A stretch of DNA of 64,000 nucleotides. It comes from Myxococcota bacterium (GTDB lineage: Bacteria > Myxococcota_A > UBA796 > SXON01). This document shows, in pieces, positions 33,111 through 42,606 of this stretch (the first letter of the stretch is position 1; each line of letters starts with the position of its first letter). A program made the translations under genes and the position numbers. The DNA lies in assembly GCA_040386535.1 (NCBI GenBank), contig JAZKFH010000024.1:64001-128000 (forward strand). The letters are read 5' to 3'. A model generated the notes under the pieces. That model ran no database searches. It saw nothing but the letters and a program-made list of their open reading frames with translations, and was not told the DNA's origin.

Positions 33111-34688
33111 ATGATCGTCGTGAGCAATGTGTCGAAGGGCTTCGGAGGGCGCCTGCTCTTCGAGTCGGTCACGACGTCTTTTGGCCCTGGCAAGCGCTTC
33201 GGCCTCACCGGGCCGAACGGCGCCGGCAAGACCACCTTCATGAAGATCCTCATCGGCGATCTCGAGCCCGACAGCGGCACGATCAGCCGTCCCAAGCGGC
33301 TCGGCATCCTGCGCCAGGACCACACCCTCTACGACGACATGCGTGTCGTCGACACCGTCATCGCGGGCAACAAGCGCCTGTGGGACGCGATGACGGAGAA
33401 GGATGCCCTGCTCGCCAAGCCGGACCAGACGGAGGAAGACGGCGAGCGCATGGGCGATCTCGAGTGTGTCATCGCGGAGGAGGACGGCTACACCGCCGAG
33501 CCCGACGCCGCCGTGATGCTCGAGGGCCTCGGCATCACGCAGGCCCAGCAGGAGCGCCCGATGAAGGAGCTCCAGGGCGGCTTCAAGCTGCGCGTGCTGC
33601 TCGCGCAGGCGCTGTTCGGGGCCCCGCACGCCCTCCTGCTCGACGAGCCCACCAACAGCCTCGACATCGAGTCGATCGCCTGGCTGGAGGAGTTCCTCCT
33701 CTCGTTCAACGGCGTGCTCGTGGTCATCTCCCACGATCGTCACTTCCTGAACTCGGTGTGCACCCACATCGCCGACATCGACTACCAGGCGATCATCCAG
33801 TACAGCGGCAATTACGACGACATGGTGCGCGCCAAGGCGCAGGTCCGCTCCCAGGTCGAGTCGTCCAACTCCCGGAAGATGGACAAGATCAAGCAGCTGC
33901 AGGACTTCGTCCAGAAGTTCGGCGCCGGTACGCGGTCCACACAAGCGGCCTCCCGCAAGAAGGAGATCGAGCGTCTCCGCCCCGACGAGATCAAGCGCTC
34001 GAACATCGCCCGCCCCTACATCCGCTTCGACTTCGAGCGGTCCAGCGGTCGCGACGTGCTCGAGATCCGCAAGCTCGCGGGCGGCTACGGCGACCAGCGC
34101 CTGTTCGGCGGCCTGAACATCGACATCAGCCGTGGCGACAAGGTGGCGATCATCGGCCGCAACGGCACCGGAAAGACCACGCTCGTCCGCACGCTTCTCA
34201 AGGAGCTCCCGGCGCTCCAGGGCAGCATCAAGTGGGGCCACGAGACCAACCCCGGCTACTTCCCGCAGGAGCACGAGCACCAGATCCCGCCCGGCTACAC
34301 CGTGTTCAACTGGATGTTCGAGCAGAAGCCCATCGCCGGCAAGGAAGGCGTCCGGCAGGTGCTCGGCCGCATGTTGTTCTCCGGGGAGGACGGCGACAAG
34401 CCCACCGCCACCCTCTCCGGCGGCGAGCGCGTGCGCACCCTCCTCGCGAAGCTCATGCTGCTCCAGCACAACGTCCTGCTCCTCGACGAGCCCACCAACC
34501 ACATGGACCTCGAGGCGATCTCGGCCCTCCGTGACGGCATCGAGGCCTACCAGGGCACGTGCATCTTCGTGACGCACGACCGCGATCTCGTGGAGACCGT
34601 CGCGAACAAGATCATCGCGTTCGACGGCGCGGGGAAGGCCGAGGTCTACACCGGCGGCTTCGCCGAGTACCTCAAGACCCGGAAGTAG
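33111..34688 (+). CDS. ABC-F family ATPase (YbiT-like)
   Basis: Two nucleotide-binding domains (GPNGAGKT, LLLDEPTN; GRNGTGKT, LSGGE, LLLDEPTNH) and no TM segments. Confidence 0.95.
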   Translation: MIVVSNVSKGFGGRLLFESVTTSFGPGKRFGLTGPNGAGKTTFMKILIGDLEPDSGTISRPKRLGILRQDHTLYDDMRVVDTVIAGNKRLWDAMTEKDALLAKPDQTEEDGERMGDLECVIAEEDGYTAEPDAAVMLEGLGITQAQQERPMKELQGGFKLRVLLAQALFGAPHALLLDEPTNSLDIESIAWLEEFLLSFNGVLVVISHDRHFLNSVCTHIADIDYQAIIQYSGNYDDMVRAKAQVRSQVESSNSRKMDKIKQLQDFVQKFGAGTRSTQAASRKKEIERLRPDEIKRSNIARPYIRFDFERSSGRDVLEIRKLAGGYGDQRLFGGLNIDISRGDKVAIIGRNGTGKTTLVRTLLKELPALQGSIKWGHETNPGYFPQEHEHQIPPGYTVFNWMFEQKPIAGKEGVRQVLGRMLFSGEDGDKPTATLSGGERVRTLLAKLMLLQHNVLLLDEPTNHMDLEAISALRDGIEAYQGTCIFVTHDRDLVETVANKIIAFDGAGKAEVYTGGFAEYLKTRK

Positions 34689-34689
34689 C

Positions 34690-35418
34690 ATGAGGGCGTG
34701 GTGGCCCCAGGTGCGCGCCGTCCTGGTCGCGTTTCACCTCGTCGCCATCACGCTCTCGGCGCTGCCGTCCCCCGAGGGGGGCCTGAACCGCGCCACGTGG
34801 TCGGACCCCACGGTGCAGGCGGAGTTCTCCGCGTGGGCCGCCCGGCTCGGCATGGAGAAGGGCGACTTCGAGGACCAGCTCTGGACCTTCGCGAGCGCCT
34901 ACGGGAGCGGCTACCGGCAGCTGCTCACCCCGGTGCGTCCCTACGAGGAGCTCGTGGGGTCCGAGCAGAGCTGGAAGATGTTCATCGCGCCGCACCGCTT
35001 CCCCACGCGGCTCGAGATCGCCGGGCGGACGCCGGGCGGCGAGTGGTCCGTCCTGTTCGTGGAGTCCTCCCCCACCGCCACCTGGCGCAAGGACCTGCTC
35101 CGCGTCGAGCGCCTGCGCTCCGCGATCTTCCGATGGGGCTGGCCGAACTACGCCAGCGCGTGGAGCAAGGGCTGCATCGCGCTCGCGGGGCTCGCCTTCG
35201 CGGACTTCCCCGCGGTCGACGAGGTGCGGTGCCGGTTCTGGAAGGCGAAGTCGCCGTCCCCGGAGGAGGCCGCGAGCGGCACTCTCCCGGAGGGCAAGTG
35301 GTTCAGCCCGCGCATCGTCCGTCGGAGCGCACCGCTCGTAGCTGAGCGGCCGCCCGACGACTCGGCACCCAAGGGCGCCGCCGTCCCCGAGGCCCTCCCC
35401 GCGGCCCCGACGCCATGA
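34690..35418 (+). CDS. SdpA/DUF5819-like membrane-anchored protein
   Basis: N-terminal TM with FHL..I, then PY......QSWKMFIAP motif; coupled to the HTTM gene. Confidence 0.55.
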   Translation: MRAWWPQVRAVLVAFHLVAITLSALPSPEGGLNRATWSDPTVQAEFSAWAARLGMEKGDFEDQLWTFASAYGSGYRQLLTPVRPYEELVGSEQSWKMFIAPHRFPTRLEIAGRTPGGEWSVLFVESSPTATWRKDLLRVERLRSAIFRWGWPNYASAWSKGCIALAGLAFADFPAVDEVRCRFWKAKSPSPEEAASGTLPEGKWFSPRIVRRSAPLVAERPPDDSAPKGAAVPEALPAAPTP

Positions 35419-36416
35419 TCCGCCGCGTCCCCTCCCTGTGGCGCCGCTGGGTCGCCCTGCTCGACCACCGCGAGCCCGCCACCGCCCTCGCCCTCGCGCG
35501 GATCGTGCTCGGCCTCTCGCTCGTCGCGCACCTGGGCCACCTCGCCTGGGTCGGCGGAGACCTGCTCGTGTGGACCGACGCCGCCTACGGCGGGCTGCGC
35601 TCGCTCGACGCCGGCTGGATGGCCCACCTCGGGGGGCTCACCCCCGAGAACGTGCGCGGGCTCGTGATCGTGACGGTGCTCGCGGCCACGGCCTTCACCA
35701 TCGGGCTGTTCACGCGCGCCGCCGCGCTCGTCACCTGGGTCGGCTTTCGCACGCTCGCAGATCTGAACGGGCACTCGGGCGGCGCCTACGACGAGCTCGC
35801 CAAGAACATCCTGTTGCTCCTGCTGGTCAGCGGGTGTGGGCGCGCGCTCTCGATCGACGCGTGGCGCACCGCCCGGAACGGAGGCACCTCCGCGGATCGC
35901 CTCGCGCCCGCCTGGCCGCGCTACGCCCTCGTGTTTCAGCTCGTGCTCATGTACTGGGCCACGGGCATGCAGAAGGTGTCGTCCGGGTGGGTGCCCGGCG
36001 GCTCGGCGGACGCGCTCTGGTACATCCTCCAGCAGCCCACGTGGCAGCGCCGGGAGATGACGTGGCTCGCGCCGCTGTTCCCGCTGACCCAGGTGGCGAC
36101 CCTCGCCACGTGGACCTTCGAGCAGGCGGCGCCGCTCCTCTTGCTCGCGTTCTGGTTCCGCCGCACCCGCACCCGCCCCGGTCGCGTGCGGGCGGCGTTC
36201 AACCGGCTCGACGTGCGCGCGATCTACCTCTTCCTCGGCGTCGGCATGCACGTCGGCATCGAGGCCACCATGGAGGTCGGCGTCTTCAGCTGGGCCACGA
36301 TGGCCATATACGCCGCGTGCTTCCACCCGGACGAGTGGCTCTGGGCCGGGCGGAAGCTGCGCGCGCTGCTTACTCGACCGCTTCCATCGTCAGGCCCAGC
36401 TCCCAGCGCGCCGTGA
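35415..36416 (+). CDS. HTTM-domain membrane protein (SdpB / vitamin K-dependent gamma-carboxylase-like)
   Basis: LALARIVLG, IGLFTR, ALSIDAW, QLVLMYWATGMQK...W..G, FE...PLL, GVGMHVGI...VGVFSW. Confidence 0.85.
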   Translation: MIRRVPSLWRRWVALLDHREPATALALARIVLGLSLVAHLGHLAWVGGDLLVWTDAAYGGLRSLDAGWMAHLGGLTPENVRGLVIVTVLAATAFTIGLFTRAAALVTWVGFRTLADLNGHSGGAYDELAKNILLLLLVSGCGRALSIDAWRTARNGGTSADRLAPAWPRYALVFQLVLMYWATGMQKVSSGWVPGGSADALWYILQQPTWQRREMTWLAPLFPLTQVATLATWTFEQAAPLLLLAFWFRRTRTRPGRVRAAFNRLDVRAIYLFLGVGMHVGIEATMEVGVFSWATMAIYAACFHPDEWLWAGRKLRALLTRPLPSSGPAPSAP

Positions 36417-37380
36417 TGTCCTCGGCGACGATGTACATGCAGTACGGCTCGCCGTCGCTGCAGGGCACACACTCGACGCCGGCCTTCACCGCGATGCGGC
36501 ACACCGCGCTGTAGTCGTCCGCGGCCTGGTTCAGGAGGGGGCCCATGTGCCGCGAGTCCCCAAAACCGCTGCCCACGCCCTTCTCGATGCTCGTGCCGTC
36601 GGCGGTGAACGTGCCCGACAGGTGGAACTGCTCGATGGGGATGGGGATCCCGTTGTAGCTGACGGTGATGTAGTCGGCGTAGGCCTCGAAGTAGGGCTGC
36701 TCCTCGAAGGAGCCGGCGGGGAAGTCCCAGGTCTCCTCGTCCATCACCTGGGTGTAGCTCCCGTCGTTCTCGTGGTAGCCGACGCCGCCGAGCAGGTCGA
36801 TCTCGCTGCTCCCGGCCGAGCTGATCGAGATCAGGAGCGGCACGGTGAGGTAGGTCGACGCGACGAAGTCGAGGAACGACGGCTCGGTGATGGTCGACTC
36901 GGACAGGCGCCAGACGAAGGCGCGGCCGACCAAAGAGGATGGATCCTCGGTGAGCGGCGTGCCGAGGCTCGAGGTCGTGAAGCTCGACGAGGTGGCGACG
37001 CCGCACACGTCCACGCCGAGGGTGTAGGTCGTGTCGGCGGCGAGCACCGTCGAGAGGATGGCCTGGACGTTGCCCTCGGTCCACGTGGTCTCGAAGGCCG
37101 CGGCGGTGCCGCCGGCATCGGTCAGGGTGAACGCGGCGGTCGAGCCGTCTCCCTCGAAGCTCACCTCGATGGGGTCCCGGTAGTACACGGCGGTGGCGCC
37201 GTCGGCCGGCTCGTTGCCGATCACCGTCGCCGTGCAGGGCACGTCGGTGTCGGTATCGGTGTCGGTGTCCGTGTCCGAGTCGGCGGTGTCGCCCCCGTTC
37301 ACGTCCTTGTCGTCGGTCGCACCGAGGTCTTTCTCTACACAGGCGCTCAAGGCGAGCACCCACACCAGATGACGGCTCAT
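36370..37380 (-). CDS. Lipoprotein with Ig-like (Big_5-type) domain
   Basis: LSAC lipobox, (DT)n linker, PADGATAV...IEVSF...LAADTTYTL...SFTT. Confidence 0.75.
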   Translation of the reverse strand: MSRHLVWVLALSACVEKDLGATDDKDVNGGDTADSDTDTDTDTDTDVPCTATVIGNEPADGATAVYYRDPIEVSFEGDGSTAAFTLTDAGGTAAAFETTWTEGNVQAILSTVLAADTTYTLGVDVCGVATSSSFTTSSLGTPLTEDPSSLVGRAFVWRLSESTITEPSFLDFVASTYLTVPLLISISSAGSSEIDLLGGVGYHENDGSYTQVMDEETWDFPAGSFEEQPYFEAYADYITVSYNGIPIPIEQFHLSGTFTADGTSIEKGVGSGFGDSRHMGPLLNQAADDYSAVCRIAVKAGVECVPCSDGEPYCMYIVAEDITARWELGLTMEAVE

Positions 37381-37393
37381 GTCTCCTCCTCTC

Positions 37394-38329
37394 TCATTCG
37401 TCGATGGGCGTCGCCGTGATCGCGAGGGTGTACCAGTGGAACCGGCTCCCCTTGTCGTCTTCGGTGCGCGCCAACAGGTACAGGTCCTGCACGCCCGTGA
37501 ACTTCTTCTCGAAGTACGGGTCGCGGTCGTAGTCGATCTCGCCCGAGTACGACGTCTTCAGGGCGGCGGTGCCCTCGGTCGCGTCGTAGAGCACGAGCAT
37601 GAGGTTCGCGGCGGAGCCCTCGGTGAACGCCGTCACGTCGAAGGTGAGCGTCTGCTCGCCCTCGTACGGCGTCGTGATCTTGTACCAGTCGAAGTCGCCC
37701 TCGCGGCCGACGCTGCCGAACAGGGTCTGCCCGGGGGTGAAGACCTGCGCCGCGGCGCGCTGATCGTTGGGCTCGACCTCCTCCGCATCCCAGTCCACGG
37801 GCTCCTTGGAGAGCGTGGTGAGCATGAACCAGGTGTACTCGTCGCCCGAGAGCAGGTTGGTCTCCGCGAGCGTGATCCGGTAGGGCTCGATGGCGGGCGC
37901 GGGGAAGACGAGCAGCGGGTCGGTCGTGAGGTAGCCGTCGAGCACCTGGGCGCTCTCGCCGCCCCCGTCGACAAGAATCTGAGGATTCGCGCTCGAGCCG
38001 CGAATGCCCGCCTCGACGCGAACGGTGATCCAACCGGTCTGGCTCGGCGTGATCGTGAACCAGTCGAGGTCGAGGTACGCGGAGAAATCGCCACAGGCCC
38101 ACTGCTCCATCGGGAGCGCCTGACTCGTGTCAGGAGAGTTGTTCGGCTCCAACTCCTCGAAGTCACATCTCGGCGGCGGACCGGTATCGGTGTCCGTGTC
38201 GGTCTCGGAGGTGTCCGGCGGACTGGTGTCCTCCGCGGAATCCTCCTCGGTATCGTCGGTCTCGCTCGGGTTCGGGAAGGCCGGCCGGCAGCCGTTGCAG
38301 CCACCCGCGAGGACCAGGAGAAGCACCAT
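37394..38329 (-). CDS. Lipoprotein with two PPC-like (ExEPN) domains
   Basis: AGGC lipobox, D/T-rich linker, EELEPNN...DLDWF, EVEPND...DFDWY. Confidence 0.75.
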   Translation of the reverse strand: MVLLLVLAGGCNGCRPAFPNPSETDDTEEDSAEDTSPPDTSETDTDTDTGPPPRCDFEELEPNNSPDTSQALPMEQWACGDFSAYLDLDWFTITPSQTGWITVRVEAGIRGSSANPQILVDGGGESAQVLDGYLTTDPLLVFPAPAIEPYRITLAETNLLSGDEYTWFMLTTLSKEPVDWDAEEVEPNDQRAAAQVFTPGQTLFGSVGREGDFDWYKITTPYEGEQTLTFDVTAFTEGSAANLMLVLYDATEGTAALKTSYSGEIDYDRDPYFEKKFTGVQDLYLLARTEDDKGSRFHWYTLAITATPIDE

Positions 38330-38402
38330 CCACCGGCTCCGGGGTCAGGAAGTGCAGGATACCCGCACCGGCTCCGGGTATGTTGGAAAAGAGGAAGACG
38401 CC

Positions 38403-39833
38403 ATGGTCTCGATGCTTGTGTTGTTGGCGGCCTGTACGGGGGAAGATCCGGGGCTCAAGGCGTTGCAGCCCGACATCGTCCCGCTCGACGTCGTGGACTT
38501 CGGGGAGATCGTGGTCGACTATTCGAGTGAGGGCGCCGTTCGCATCAACAACAACGGCCTCGGCATCCTCGAGATCGACGAGATCACGCTCAGCGGGGAC
38601 GGCGCCTCGATGTTCACCGTGGGCGACGTGCCCGCCGAGGTCGCCAACAAGAGCATCTACGAGCTCCCCGTGTGGTTCCTCCCCGCGGATCCCCTCGCCT
38701 ACACCGCCACGATGACCATCCACTCGAACGACGAGGACGATCCCGAGCTCGAGGTCACCCTCACCGGCAAGGGTGTCGTCGCCCCGACGCCCGACATCGA
38801 CTGCTCGTCGCTCTCGATGGACTTCGGCACGGTCGTGCCGGGCACGTCGAACATCCAGTACATCACGTGCACCAACATCGGTGACGACGTCCTGGAGATC
38901 ACGAACGAGCTCCAGGGCGGCAGCGGCAACTTCATCGTGCCCCAGGACCACACCGGGTACCTGGTCCCCTCCGGGCAGAACATCACCCTGCTCGTGAACT
39001 ACACCCCGCTCACCGCGGAGGGGGACAACGGCACGATCACCCTCTCCAGCAACGATCCCGACGAGCCCGAGGTCCTCATCACCCTGGTCGGCAACGGCGG
39101 CGGCACGTTCGAGTACCCCGTCGCGGTCGTCGATTGCCCGACCAGCGCGGTCCCCCGCCAGACCGTCCTGGTCGGCGGCGGCGAAAGCTACGATCCGAAC
39201 GGCTACGACATGCCGTTGACCTACTTGTGGACCGCGACCGGCCCCTACGAGGAGGTCGCGATCACCCCGATCGGCCCCGACGTGAGCGTCCAGCTCGATC
39301 TGGCCGGCGAGTACCGCGTCGCGCTCCAGGTGCGGAACACCATCGGCCTGCTCTCGGCGCCCACGGTGTGCCGGATCGACGCCATCCCCGAGGAGCAGCT
39401 CCACGTCGAGCTCGTGTGGAAGGACGTGAACGATCTCGACCTGCACCTGCTCAACGGCGCGGGCGTCCTGTTCGACGAGGTGAACGACTGCAACTACTGC
39501 AACGTGAATCCCGATTGGGGCACGAGCGGTGGCGCGGACGATCCGACGCTCGATCTGGACGCGCGGTCGAGCCCGCCGGGCGTCGAGAACATCAACATCG
39601 AGACCCCCGCGGACGACACCTACTCGGTGAAGGTGCACTACTACGAGGACAGCGGCGCCGGGGATGTCACGGCGACCGTGAACATCTACCTCTACGGCGT
39701 GTTGGCCGACAGCTACTCCCGCGTGATGTCCCGCAACAAGGTGTGGGACGTGGCCGACATCGTGTGGCCCGACGGGTTCGTGCTCGAGACCACCGCCGAC
39801 CTCTACACGCCGGACGTGCGCTACTGCGAGTAG
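38403..39833 (+). CDS. Lipoprotein: two choice-of-anchor-D/ASH Ig domains, PKD-like domain, YfaP-like C-terminus
   Basis: LAAC; DFG..., SNDED.P..EV.LTG.G twice; SYDPNG..LTY.W; DLDLHL...P.LDLD...ENINI...Y.V.VHYY. Confidence 0.8.
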   Translation: MVSMLVLLAACTGEDPGLKALQPDIVPLDVVDFGEIVVDYSSEGAVRINNNGLGILEIDEITLSGDGASMFTVGDVPAEVANKSIYELPVWFLPADPLAYTATMTIHSNDEDDPELEVTLTGKGVVAPTPDIDCSSLSMDFGTVVPGTSNIQYITCTNIGDDVLEITNELQGGSGNFIVPQDHTGYLVPSGQNITLLVNYTPLTAEGDNGTITLSSNDPDEPEVLITLVGNGGGTFEYPVAVVDCPTSAVPRQTVLVGGGESYDPNGYDMPLTYLWTATGPYEEVAITPIGPDVSVQLDLAGEYRVALQVRNTIGLLSAPTVCRIDAIPEEQLHVELVWKDVNDLDLHLLNGAGVLFDEVNDCNYCNVNPDWGTSGGADDPTLDLDARSSPPGVENINIETPADDTYSVKVHYYEDSGAGDVTATVNIYLYGVLADSYSRVMSRNKVWDVADIVWPDGFVLETTADLYTPDVRYCE

Positions 39834-39901
39834 CGGTCCGGTGAGGACGTAGCGAGGGCGCCCGGAGCTCGTTCCGGGCGCCCGCTACACGACCGCCAGC
39901 C

Positions 39902-42529
39902 CTACGGGCAGCTGTGCCCGTCGATCCCGGGGGTGCCGAACTCGCGGGCGGAGGCGCTCGCGTAGTACCAATCGAAGAACGCGTTGTTGGTCGTCGAGCA
40001 CCACGCGTCGATCGAGTCGTTCTCGGTCGCGTCGAACGCGCTCGGATCGAGCTGCATCGAGCGCGAGGCGTCGCGCGGCCAGTAGCCGGCGGCCTCGCTG
40101 TAGGTCCACGCCACCTCGTCGATGAGCAGACCGCTCGTCGCGTCGCCGTTGGCGTAGATTGCCAACGAATCCGTGTCACGTTGCAGGTTGAACGTATTGT
40201 CGGCGTACGTACCCGCGTAGGTGGACGCCGCGGTCTCGTCGCCCCAGTAATAGTCGCACGGGTCCATGAAGCTGTAGGAGGTCGACGACGACACGAAGTT
40301 GTCGGTCTTGCAGAACACCGCGTAGTCACCCGCCGCGATCACGACGCCGTCGGCGGGATCGATGTACCAGGCGTCGGCCGCGAGCGTGCTGGAGTAGCGA
40401 CGGATGTACCAGTCCGACAGGTCGATGTCGGTGGCGGTCGTGTTGTACAGCTCGAACCACTGGGCGTTGGTGTTGGTCGAGGACCCGCCGACGCGCGGCT
40501 GCCGGGTGATCTCGGTGATGATGACATCACCCATGGCGATGAAGTCCTCGTCGGAGAGGCCGTCGCAGTCGTTGTCGACGCCGTCGTCCAGCTCAGACGC
40601 GCCGGGGTTGCTGGTGCTGTCCCCGTCGTCACAGTCCTCGATCTCGTCGGTGTACCCGGAGGGCATGTCGCAGGACACGGTGGTGGTCGTGGAGACGCCG
40701 TATCCGTCGGCGTCCACGTCGCGGTACCAGGTGCTCGAGCCGGTCGCGCCCGACTCGTCCACCGCGTCGTCGCAGTCGTTGTCGCGGTCGTCGCAGGTCT
40801 CGACCGCGGCCGGGTTCACGGCGGCGTCGCCGTCGTCACAGTCACGGAAGTCGGAGACGTAGCCGTCGCCGACGGCGCACGCGATCTCGGTGGCGCCCTC
40901 GTCGCCGTAGCCATCGCCGTCGCCGTCCGCGTACACGGTGATGCCGCCCGTCGGGCTGTCGTCGATCGCGCCGTCGCAGTCCTGATCCGCGCCGTCGCAG
41001 GTCTCGGTGGCGCCGGGGTAGGTGCCCGCGCTCGCGTCGTTGCAGTCGGTGGCGGTCGCGACGTAGCCGGCGGGAGCGTCGCATGCGGCCAACGTGTCCG
41101 TCGCATCGCCGAAGCCGTCGCTGTCGCCGTCCCCGTACCAGGTAGACGCGTCGGTCGCGTTGTCGTCCGCCGCGCCGTCACAGTCGTCGTCGAAGCCGTC
41201 ACACGTCTCGGCGGCGCCGGGGTACACGGTCCGGTCGGTGTCGTTGCAGTCGGTGTCGGCGGCGACGAAGCCCGCGGGCTGGTCGCACGCGGTGGCGGAC
41301 CCGGAGGGATCGCCGTAGCCGTCGACGTCGGCGTCGATGTACCAGGACGAGGCGTCGGTGGCGGTCGACTCGTCGGTGGCGCCGTCACAGTTGTTGTCGA
41401 GCCCGTCGCAGCGCTCGTTCGCCGCGGGACTCGCCGTGGCGGTCGTGTCGTCGCAGTCGGTCCCGTCCGCGACATAGCCACCGACGACGTCGCAGGAGCG
41501 GACATCCGCCGAGGGATCGCCGTAGCCGTCCGCGTCCCTGTCCGCGTAGAGCGTCATCGCGTCGGGGGAGTCGGTGTCGATCTCCGCGTCGCAGTCGTTG
41601 TCGACCCCGTCGCAGAGCTCGGTGGCGCCGGGCGACGAGGCCGCGTCGGCGTCGTCACAGTCGGTGCCATCCTCGACGTAGCCGGCGGGGGCGCCGCAGG
41701 CCTCGACGGACACCGCGAGGTCGCCGTAGCCGTCGGCGTCCGCGTCCCCGTAGTAGGTCCGGGCGTCCGGCGAGCCCTCGTCGACGCTCGCGTCGCAGTT
41801 GTTGTCCTTCAGGTCGCAGAGCTCGGTCGCGCCCGGGAAGGTCAACGCGTCCGTGTCGTCGCAGTCGGTCGCGTCGTCCACCGTGCCCTCGACGTCGTCG
41901 CACACGCTCATGCCGGTGCCGACGTCGCCGAAGCCGTCCGCGTCGGCGTCGGTGTAGACCGTGCGCCCGTCGATCGCGTCGAGGTCCACGCCGCCGTCGC
42001 AGTCGTTGTCGAGGCCGTCACACACCTCGTCCGCCGCGGGGGACAACGCGGGGTTGGTGTCGTCGCAGTCCTCGTCGTTGCTCGCCGTGCCGACGGGGAG
42101 CTCGCAGTAGGTGCCGAGGGCCGCGCCGGTGCCGAAGCCGTCGGCGTCGGCGTCGAGGTAGGCGCTGAACTCGCCGCCCTCGTCGATCTCGCCGTCGCAG
42201 TCGTTGTCGATGTCGTCGCACACGTCCGTGGCGCCCGGCGAGATGTCGCCGTTCTCGTCGTCACAGTCCGCGTCGGCGTCGTACCCGTCCTCGTCCTGGT
42301 CGAAGTCGCTCGCCTCGTCGCAGTCCTGGTCCACCCCGTCGTACCAGACCTCGTCCGCGCCCGGGTAGACCGAGGCGTCGTCGTCGTCACAGTCGCCCGT
42401 CGCGGTGGTGTAGCCGTCGGCGTCGGCGTCGGCGGAGATCACCGGGTCGGTGTCGGTGTCACCAGAGTCCTTGTCGGGACCGTCGCACCCGACGAAGATC
42501 GCGGCGAGGAGGAGAGGGATCAGGCGCAT
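39902..42529 (-). CDS. Lipoprotein with ~10 putative metal-binding (DCDD, MopE-like) repeats and C-terminal lamin-tail-like domain
   Basis: Repeats of DCDD....PGA.E.CDG.DNDCDG..D and Y.D.D.DGYG; C-terminal VIITEI...QWFELYN...IDLS.W...GTPG. Confidence 0.88.
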   Translation of the reverse strand: MRLIPLLLAAIFVGCDGPDKDSGDTDTDPVISADADADGYTTATGDCDDDDASVYPGADEVWYDGVDQDCDEASDFDQDEDGYDADADCDDENGDISPGATDVCDDIDNDCDGEIDEGGEFSAYLDADADGFGTGAALGTYCELPVGTASNDEDCDDTNPALSPAADEVCDGLDNDCDGGVDLDAIDGRTVYTDADADGFGDVGTGMSVCDDVEGTVDDATDCDDTDALTFPGATELCDLKDNNCDASVDEGSPDARTYYGDADADGYGDLAVSVEACGAPAGYVEDGTDCDDADAASSPGATELCDGVDNDCDAEIDTDSPDAMTLYADRDADGYGDPSADVRSCDVVGGYVADGTDCDDTTATASPAANERCDGLDNNCDGATDESTATDASSWYIDADVDGYGDPSGSATACDQPAGFVAADTDCNDTDRTVYPGAAETCDGFDDDCDGAADDNATDASTWYGDGDSDGFGDATDTLAACDAPAGYVATATDCNDASAGTYPGATETCDGADQDCDGAIDDSPTGGITVYADGDGDGYGDEGATEIACAVGDGYVSDFRDCDDGDAAVNPAAVETCDDRDNDCDDAVDESGATGSSTWYRDVDADGYGVSTTTTVSCDMPSGYTDEIEDCDDGDSTSNPGASELDDGVDNDCDGLSDEDFIAMGDVIITEITRQPRVGGSSTNTNAQWFELYNTTATDIDLSDWYIRRYSSTLAADAWYIDPADGVVIAAGDYAVFCKTDNFVSSSTSYSFMDPCDYYWGDETAASTYAGTYADNTFNLQRDTDSLAIYANGDATSGLLIDEVAWTYSEAAGYWPRDASRSMQLDPSAFDATENDSIDAWCSTTNNAFFDWYYASASAREFGTPGIDGHSCP

Positions 42530-42606
42530 GGGATCTCCAGGATCGGAAGGAGAGGCACGGGACGTTCGATACGGAAAGTGAAGGCGAGCGGATCAGGGGC
42601 ACTCGC

